Origin: a virus
Taxonomy: Duplodnaviria > Caudoviricetes
Length of the DNA stretch: 63,911 nucleotides
Direction: 5' to 3' (one strand)
IMG/VR virus record: IMGVR_UViG_3300021437_000017
Location: 1 to 63,911 of that record
Position numbers and translations under genes: made by a program. The notes below the pieces were generated by a model. That model ran no database searches and was not told the origin of the DNA. It was given only the letters and a program-made list of their open reading frames with translations. Positions 57,290 to 63,911 of the stretch are shown one piece after another (within the stretch, counting starts at the first letter, position 1; every line of letters begins with the position of its first letter).

Positions 57290-58518
57290 TTATTCATCGC
57301 GCGCCTCGTCTTGCGCGGCGATCATGGCCAAAATGGTAAATTCGGATGCGTCGTTTTCTTCGTCCGAAATTTTATCCATGATGCGGTCGTAAGTTTCCTC
57401 GGGATATTCGGCGCGTAAAGTTGCAAATCGCTCGTAACGTTGTTCGGTGCGGTCCATTTTTAATCTCCTATCAGTTGACCAACTAACGATTGAATGGCTA
57501 AGATTTGACGCGCCTGCAATGTGCGATTTGCGTATTGTCACCGTAGGTTACTGCGTGCCAAGTTTCATTCTCGAACATAAACCACGCGTCATAACGCTTG
57601 CCAGCCATGTTATGACGGCCTATGCGAACGCGCCCAACTGGGAAGCGTAACGAGTTTGGCCAATTGGTAATTGCATACGCTTGCGCGTTGATTTCGGGAG
57701 CCTTGACCAGATACAGGCACGCTCTGCCAGTCTCACGCATATTGCGCTTGTCACGCTCTGCACAGCACGCGTAACAATGCTTTTTCCCGTCTTTGTCGAT
57801 ACCGTAGCCGTGAGTAATGCTGCTGTGCGCGCTTTCGCTATGGCCACAATCTAAAAGCTTATCCATGATGTTTACCTTTTTGCTATCACTGCTAAAATCC
57901 GCTAGCAGGTTGCGGTTTAACCCAACCATCGCAGCGCGCTCCGACGCGCTGGGTTTGTTAGGCTAAAACCTTTTCGCTTTCGCCAGTCTGTCGCGCCCTT
58001 CCATACTGATTGGCGTGATAAACGCGCCGCATTTACACCCCAATCCGCAGTCGTCCGCTTCGACCTTGGCAACGAAAGTTTTACCTTTTGGCGTCAAGCT
58101 GAAAATTCCTTCGCCATGACGGTAAAGACGATAGCGTTCACGAGCTACACCGCGCAACACGTTCGGCGTAAACAAAGACGGCTTCGATAATTCGTTCATT
58201 TCGCTCTCCTGTTGTTGATACGATGGAATGATTATGCGCTTGGCCGCTAAGCATTGCAAGAGATATTTCAACTATTTGCAAAAACAGTGATTCAGGTCAA
58301 GTTTTAGCTAGGACAGCTAAATCAGCAATTGCTCAAACTTTGGGCAGCTTGGGCTTGCTAGGACGTGCAGCAATATGATCCTTCCACCTCGCTGCAATCG
58401 CTTTCCGACTGATCGCCATACGCTCATCAGGATCAAGCGCCGCAGCTCGCGCACGGCCGCCCTTAGCACCAATCAGCGCCAGGTAATCACGCAGCGACTT
58501 GTTGCTCATATCATCCAT
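57290..58518 (-). other. Small early hypothetical genes (57498-57866, 57963-58199) and a GGxARAxxL...ARW-motif protein (58333-58518)
   Basis: RBS-preceded ORFs; promoter TTGCAA-17-CATAAT at 58231-58259. Confidence 0.5.
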
Positions 58519-59713
58519 GGTCGGCAAGGATACGCGCAACGCTCGCCAATTGTCAATACGGCGTTAGCGATGGGCTGACCACCAGCGCCCATGCACCCAA
58601 GACGCCGATTTCACATTGTGAAATTTCTCGATACGAAATGACGATTTCTCGACAGTTGTTCAAATTGGTGAAAGGTGAGATTTGACCACTGGTTAGAAAG
58701 TGAGCAGTTACGCGAGCGATAATCGCTCTCATATTGCACTATAAGCATTGTTTATGCCAGGAGTTGGCACTGTTCATGCTTTAGAGGTATGCTGCTTTGT
58801 CATTTGGGGGTAGATTTTGGGGTATTTTGCCAATACCTAAAACGTAGACTGGCGTATCCATTGGCTTGCAGGGTATCTTTTGGTTCCTGCTATGGGCACC
58901 TAATCGCAAAATCAATGGATATGATCGCATTGCAACACCATCTCACAGCCGCACCTAGACCCGCTGGATTGATCCAAGCTGCCGTCAATGCCTGATGCCC
59001 AAAACGCGCCAGGATTCGATTACAGCCACGCAAAACGCTCCTGGGTTGGTAGGTAGCCTGAAGCCGCGCTGCACGTCGCTACGGCGTTCCTGATGGCCTT
59101 CCTGACGATTCTGTATGGTGTTTGACATGCCGATCCGGCAGGTTAGGTGCAGATAAGTCCGCGCTTTGTCGTGGATTGATGCCAATCGGTGCCGGTTCCG
59201 GCCGCCTGCCATTGGGCCGCTGTCGGATTGGCTACCCTCGAATCGCTGGCCAAGAAGTCCGGGGGGGGTGGGGCGGGGGGTGACCCTCAGATTGATGAGG
59301 CCAGAGGACGTTCTATAGCCCCTCCCTATTCGCGCCTGTTCGAGATTTTCCTTCAGAACTCGCCAAAAATTTTACGGCGGTCTGGTTGGGGATTTTTCTC
59401 AGTCTACCTTGGCCGACTTGCGGGCTTTTGCTGCGCCTTTGGTTCTGGCTTTGGATGCGCCTGAGAAAGGATCGGAGGGTGGTCTGCCTCTGCCTGGTTT
59501 GCGGGGGCCGGCTGTTTTGGCGCGGTCGAGTTCATGCTGAGCGAGGATGTCGCGGACGAGTTGTTGGCGGTAGGTGAGGGGGGTGAGCATGGCGGTGTCC
59601 TTGGGTTGGTTTTGAGGCGCGGATGTAGTTCGCGGTGCGCGCGGGCAAGCGTCAGCGCCGCCCGTCGTCGTCATCCGCGAAACGGGGGATAACACGTATG
59701 CTGTGTGTCCCAT

Positions 59714-59840
59714 TCCACATCTGTTTTATACTATAGTGGAAAATTGAGATGTGGAACGTAGGATTTGGGGGATTTGGACATAGAGGGATTTGGGGGATTT
59801 GGAATAGATGTGGCGAAGATGTGGGAGGGATGTGGAATAC
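59714..59840. repeat. Iteron-like repeats next to an AT-rich tract; putative replication origin
   Basis: GGATTTGGGGGATTTGGA at 59761 and 59786; several GATGTGG copies plus one inverted copy. Confidence 0.5.
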
Positions 59841-59992
59841 AATTTGGATATATCTGATTTACAAAGGAATTATTGATTAAAAGACTGTGATTTTTCGCGT
59901 TTTTACGTCTTTTCCAAAATTCTTCATAGTGCAGACAATTTGGATGTGTATGAATTTAACCGTTTTTTACAAAACGCATATTTTCAGTGATT

Positions 59993-61333
59993 TTAAGTGT
60001 TTTTGAGGCCATGAATCCTGCGTCCCTTGCCATCTTTTCCGACATCGCCCATTTCGATGTTTTTGCTCATCACAAGTTCTCGCATTGCGTCCGCCAATTC
60101 GGTCTTTGTGCAGCCTTCTCCGAGTTTGTTTTCAAGGATCAGGTGAGGCAGGTAATATCGGCCTGAAGTGTTGTTGCCGTAGAGCTTGACTTCTGCCAGT
60201 CTTGAAATGGCAGAAAGGATGGTGGCGCGGGCCTTGCGTTTCCTGAGGGTGGCCATTAGACCCGGTTCTCCTTGTTCCTGAAGTTCCGGGACCAACACTC
60301 CTTCGTTAAACCTGAATTGGACGTAATCCATGCGGGTGTAATTGGTTTTGCGTTTGGCCAACACTCGATAGTCTGGGTCCGGGGTGGCTTCCGGGTCGGC
60401 ATGGGCGTCCGGCAATTTGTCGTCGAGATACCAGCGCATCCTGACTGCGTTCTCCCAAGCGGTCGACCCGCTGTATTCGCTGTTGGGTGCCTTGGACGGG
60501 TGGCCGAGCAATATCGGGCAGAACGGGCGGTCTGTGACCAAGCCAGCGATTCCGTTCAGGAACAGGGTAACATCGTGGCGCACGTTTTCATTGGCGCCGA
60601 AGGTATGCCCCAAATTATCCAAGATCAGGATATCGGCGCGCCAGTCTCCGACCTGCTCGCGCAGCAATTCAAGCTGAGGGGTCCACATTGGCCTACCGAA
60701 CTCGGTGGTCAGAAGCGTGTTTTCCATGCCATATCTGGCGTCGACGTGAAAATCCTTGAGCGCAGATAGCCCAATTCCAATTTGTTTGCAGATTGCCGCT
60801 TCCCGCCGCCAAAGCTGGTCATGGTCGTCCTCGCACGCGAAATAAAGCACCGATACCGGGTCGACGGCCGCGCACCAAGTCGGCAACCCACATGCCAGCG
60901 CGGTTCCGAGTTGCTGCACCAACAGGCTTTTGCCGATGCCGCCGCGCCCCGCCAAGAGCGTCGGGTGCCAAGAAAGCCAGTGATCGAGCAGCCAGTTGAA
61001 CGGCGGCGGTTCCAATCCATCGAGTGCCGCCCATTGGAGGTAGTTGTGTCGCGGTTTGTGGTCATCGACCCGATCGTCAGGCGGCACGACGTGCGGTTCT
61101 GTCACGCCGGGGATGCTTTCTGCAGCCTCAATTACCGGATCAGGCGGAGCCTCGCCGTTGCCCCGATTCTTGAGTCTGCCGGCAGCGCCGTCAACCCAAT
61201 TGGTCAAATCACGGTAACGTTCAACGTAATGCGACCGATCAGCACGAGGCAGAGCGGCTTTATCTGCATCCGGCATTGCCTGCCACGCATTACGGAACTC
61301 GAAATCATCAAGTTCCGATAGGTTGCCGGTCAT
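59993..61333 (-). CDS. AAA_25 / RepA-like replicative helicase
   Basis: AGRGGIGKS, ACEDD, LILDN, LLGHPSK, YSGSTAWENAVR. Confidence 0.85.
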   Translation of the reverse strand: MTGNLSELDDFEFRNAWQAMPDADKAALPRADRSHYVERYRDLTNWVDGAAGRLKNRGNGEAPPDPVIEAAESIPGVTEPHVVPPDDRVDDHKPRHNYLQWAALDGLEPPPFNWLLDHWLSWHPTLLAGRGGIGKSLLVQQLGTALACGLPTWCAAVDPVSVLYFACEDDHDQLWRREAAICKQIGIGLSALKDFHVDARYGMENTLLTTEFGRPMWTPQLELLREQVGDWRADILILDNLGHTFGANENVRHDVTLFLNGIAGLVTDRPFCPILLGHPSKAPNSEYSGSTAWENAVRMRWYLDDKLPDAHADPEATPDPDYRVLAKRKTNYTRMDYVQFRFNEGVLVPELQEQGEPGLMATLRKRKARATILSAISRLAEVKLYGNNTSGRYYLPHLILENKLGEGCTKTELADAMRELVMSKNIEMGDVGKDGKGRRIHGLKNT

Positions 61334-61524
61334 ATTCCGCACTGTTTAGCAATGACATTGGACGCGGCGAGGTCTTCTTCGAGCGTTGCATCCTGGTGCG
61401 CCACAACCCAAGCGTACTTCAGATCATCGAAACGATGGTATGCCTCATACATCGGGCGTTCAATAAATGGAAAATAGGCCCTAGTTGGGTATCTTGAGTT
61501 CTTCAAAACCCGGCGCTGGGTCAT
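61330..61524 (-). CDS. Small hypothetical protein (paralog of 61521-61694)
   Basis: LKYAWVVAHQDATLEE...IAKQCGI. Confidence 0.6.
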   Translation of the reverse strand: MTQRRVLKNSRYPTRAYFPFIERPMYEAYHRFDDLKYAWVVAHQDATLEEDLAASNVIAKQCGI

Positions 61525-61694
61525 ATTCCACACCTCGCCGCTATAACCTGCATCGCTTCCCGGTATTCCTCGGCGGTCGCGCGAGGGTGATTCTGCGCCC
61601 ACACCGTTTTCTCAAACTCGTAGCGTTTGAAATCCGGGAAATATGTGCTGTTCTTCGGCTTGGGGATGTAACGGCGCTTGTAGCCTCTCTTCAT
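61521..61694 (-). CDS. Small hypothetical protein, 57 aa (not in ORF track)
   Basis: EKTVWAQNHPRATAEE...IAARCGI. Confidence 0.6.
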   Translation of the reverse strand: MKRGYKRRYIPKPKNSTYFPDFKRYEFEKTVWAQNHPRATAEEYREAMQVIAARCGI

Positions 61695-61904
61695 ATTTGA
61701 ACCCTTTCAGGGCCGCCCCGAAGAACGCAAGGTGAGAATTGCCAGGAGCAGAGCGCGCGGGAACGCGCCGTGGACGGCTCTTGCGGTGGGGCGGCTTTGG
61801 AAAGACTCAATCAATCGCTCCTTCGGCTTCTCACAGCCGGAACCGCTAATCTGCGCCTGCTTTATGCCGTTGTCAAGCGCTGTCGCAGGGATTATCATTG
61901 CACT

Positions 61905-62246
61905 ATGGACGACGGCTTCGAGTGGGTCGAGCGCTGGCTCGATATCTGGGCAAACGATATGAGGGACCCCGACCTGCGGCTTGGTGCCCCGAGCAAATCC
62001 GCGGGTTTCGCCGGGGGTGGCTGGGGAGAGAACCGCAATCTCGCGGAAGACTGGGAAGCCGAAGGCAACGCCCGCGCGATTGGCGTTGTGGACGCCGCGC
62101 TACGCGACGCCGCTCCCGCCGAGACGGCGGCAGTGTTCCACGTGAAACTGAAATCCGTCTTCGCCTTTCGTGTTCCCGTCGAGATTGCGTACCGAAATGC
62201 GCGAATGAAATGCGGCGTCCGGCTGCGCGCGAATGCCTTCTGTTGA
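61905..62246 (+). CDS. Putative Q-like antiterminator
   Basis: VERWLDIWA...VDAALRD...; directly followed by promoter and terminator. Confidence 0.55.
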   Translation: MDDGFEWVERWLDIWANDMRDPDLRLGAPSKSAGFAGGGWGENRNLAEDWEAEGNARAIGVVDAALRDAAPAETAAVFHVKLKSVFAFRVPVEIAYRNARMKCGVRLRANAFC

Positions 62247-62326
62247 CATTACCGTAAACCAAGCGTATTTTTACCCGCGCGGGCGAAGTTTTGCCCAAAA
62301 AGCCGAGAGAGTCGGCTAATTTTTTG
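62243..62326 (+). promoter_or_regulatory. Putative late promoter plus proximal terminator (pR'/tR'-like)
   Basis: TTGACA-17-TATTTT at 62243-62271; AGCCGA-GAGAG-TCGGCT plus T run at about 62301-62326. Confidence 0.55.
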
Positions 62327-62442
62327 CGCTGGCGGTGCCGTAATACTCCTTCCCGCCACGCAATCCGGGCGCACCGAACTTCCTGTCTTTGCCGGCATAG
62401 CAACGGTGCCGCCCGCCCCATCAACCACCGGAGAATCCTCTC

Positions 62443-62862
62443 ATGGCAGACCGCCCATTCACCCAGTATGATCAGTTCATCGAACCCACGCAGCAAGGCC
62501 CCGCTGGCGATGATAATCGCCCGTCCTTCGACAATATCACCATCGGCAACAACAAGGCGAACAACAGCGGAACGGATATGCCGATGTCGCCCACGGAAGA
62601 TCCGCGCGACACCGGAGACCAGAGAGAAATACAGGACAACGGCACTCAAAACGCGCATTTTTCCTGCGGCGGACTGCCTTATACGCCAACCTATTCCGGC
62701 GAGAATCCGGCTCCAGATCGCGATAGCAACCAAGCCGAAGTCGCGGATTACGGCCTGAACGAAGGCGTCGAAGTCGGCTGCGATTGCTCGATTGCGAATT
62801 ACGGCTTGGTTGGCGAGAGCCCCGCGGCCGGTGGGGGTATCGCCAGAAATAAGATGGACTGA
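62443..62862 (+). CDS. Acidic hypothetical protein
   Basis: GGAG RBS; first gene of putative late unit. Confidence 0.55.
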   Translation: MADRPFTQYDQFIEPTQQGPAGDDNRPSFDNITIGNNKANNSGTDMPMSPTEDPRDTGDQREIQDNGTQNAHFSCGGLPYTPTYSGENPAPDRDSNQAEVADYGLNEGVEVGCDCSIANYGLVGESPAAGGGIARNKMD

Positions 62863-62864
62863 TC

Positions 62865-63347
62865 ATGCCCTGGACAGCCAAGGACGCCGCCAAGCATGAC
62901 AAGAAGGCGAACTCTGCTATTGCCCAGCGTCAGTGGAGTCATGTGGCCAATAGCGTCCTCGCCAAAACTGGTGACGACGGCAGGGCGATCCGGGAGGCGA
63001 ATGCAGTGATCGCGCGCCGCTCGCACGGCCTCGACAGCGTGAAGAAATTCGCTGATGGCGGGAAGGTTCACGCATTAGGCGGAGACAACGACGAATTGCG
63101 GACTTACATCCAGCCGCCGATACCGAAGCGTATTAAGCGAGCAATAATCACTGGCGGCGTGGGGCAAGATAAAGCGGATGTCCCGTCTCAGCAGGCGATT
63201 GATGAATATCGCGATTCCAGGACCCGCAAGAAAGAAGAGGCAGCAGGCGCGCCCACCGGGTATGCGCACGGCGGCCCCGTCAACATTCATGGGGTTGCAA
63301 TGCCTAAGCGCATGTCAATGCACCAACAGAAAATGATGAGGGGTTAA
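62865..63347 (+). CDS. Hypothetical protein with FADGGKV / YAHGGPV motifs
   Basis: MPWTAKDAAKH...RQWSHVANSVL...GRAIREAN. Confidence 0.6.
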   Translation: MPWTAKDAAKHDKKANSAIAQRQWSHVANSVLAKTGDDGRAIREANAVIARRSHGLDSVKKFADGGKVHALGGDNDELRTYIQPPIPKRIKRAIITGGVGQDKADVPSQQAIDEYRDSRTRKKEEAAGAPTGYAHGGPVNIHGVAMPKRMSMHQQKMMRG

Positions 63348-63348
63348 G

Positions 63349-63911
63349 ATGGAATATTTCGGGCCGAATGGCACCCCGATGGGGAAGATACGGGAACATT
63401 TCCGTGGCGCGAGCGGCGGCAAGCGTACCGACCGCGGCCTGACCCCGCGTCAGGAGCAATACGCCTGCAACCGCGCAAACGGGATGAGCCAGTCAGAAGC
63501 TTTTCTGGCACTCCCAAACGTCCCTCCCGATAAGAAAAAAACTACCGCAAAAGCGGCCGGGCAATCCATGGAATATAAGCCGCATGTCGCCGCCCGCATC
63601 AAGGAAATTATCGAGCAGAAGGCTACCATGATCAATAAGGCGGCGGTCAAAGCCATCGCGCGGGCCGCCGTGGATAAGGAATGGGTGCTGCGCGAACTCG
63701 TGAAGAACGTCAGGCGTGCGAAGGTCGAAAAAGATTTCAACGCCGTGAACCGCTCGTTGGAACTCGTCGGCAAGGAACTGTGCATGTTCATTGACCGCAA
63801 GGAAATCAGAACAGGACCGCTCACCAATCTCACTGATGAACAACTTATTGAACTCACTGCCGCCCTCGATGCGGGACTCCCCCCCGGCGCGATTGGCGCT
63901 TTTGGCCAAAC
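63349..63911 (+). CDS. terS: Terminase small subunit, N-terminal part (wraps to 192; about 206 aa total)
   Basis: GAGGGG RBS; GLTPRQEQYA...GMSQSEAF...PHVAARIKEI; missed by ORF track because it runs off the end. Confidence 0.8.
   Translation, partial: MEYFGPNGTPMGKIREHFRGASGGKRTDRGLTPRQEQYACNRANGMSQSEAFLALPNVPPDKKKTTAKAAGQSMEYKPHVAARIKEIIEQKATMINKAAVKAIARAAVDKEWVLRELVKNVRRAKVEKDFNAVNRSLELVGKELCMFIDRKEIRTGPLTNLTDEQLIELTAALDAGLPPGAIGAFGQ
63778..63911. repeat. Terminal overlap, right copy
   Basis: Matches 1-134 with one mismatch. Confidence 0.95.

Overview
The window is an apparently complete, circularly permuted dsDNA phage genome of about 63.8 kb: bases 1-134 recur at 63778-63911 with one mismatch. 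Its gene order is podovirus-like and resembles Bcep22-like betaproteobacterial phages. The + strand carries TerS, TerL (with a class-3-type LAGLIDADG intein), portal, two methyltransferase/heptosyltransferase genes, a tRNA-Met, scaffold, N4-gp56-type capsid, adaptor, nozzle, tail fibres and three ejection proteins, one a 2903-aa polyvalent protein. A - strand sugar operon follows (GmhA, HldE kinase and nucleotidyltransferase halves, SDR, a TPP enzyme split by an HNH gene, radical SAM, GT2). Then come lysis genes and early/replication genes (RecE-like nuclease, AAA ATPase, RusA, DNA methyltransferase, SNF2 helicase, ArdC, AAA_25 helicase, Q-like antiterminator). No integrase or DNA polymerase was recognised. 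The most striking element is a self-contained - strand cassette at 21179-22397, inserted between two ejection genes. It comprises a promoter with an operator, a lone 207-aa Cas7/RAMP-like gene, two non-coding tracts of 5-nt-periodic GGY-NN units separated by a hairpin, and a small XRE HTH gene. This looks like an RNA-guided system whose guide information lies in the variable dinucleotides (VIPR-like). All family assignments come from recognising motifs by eye, not from database searches.
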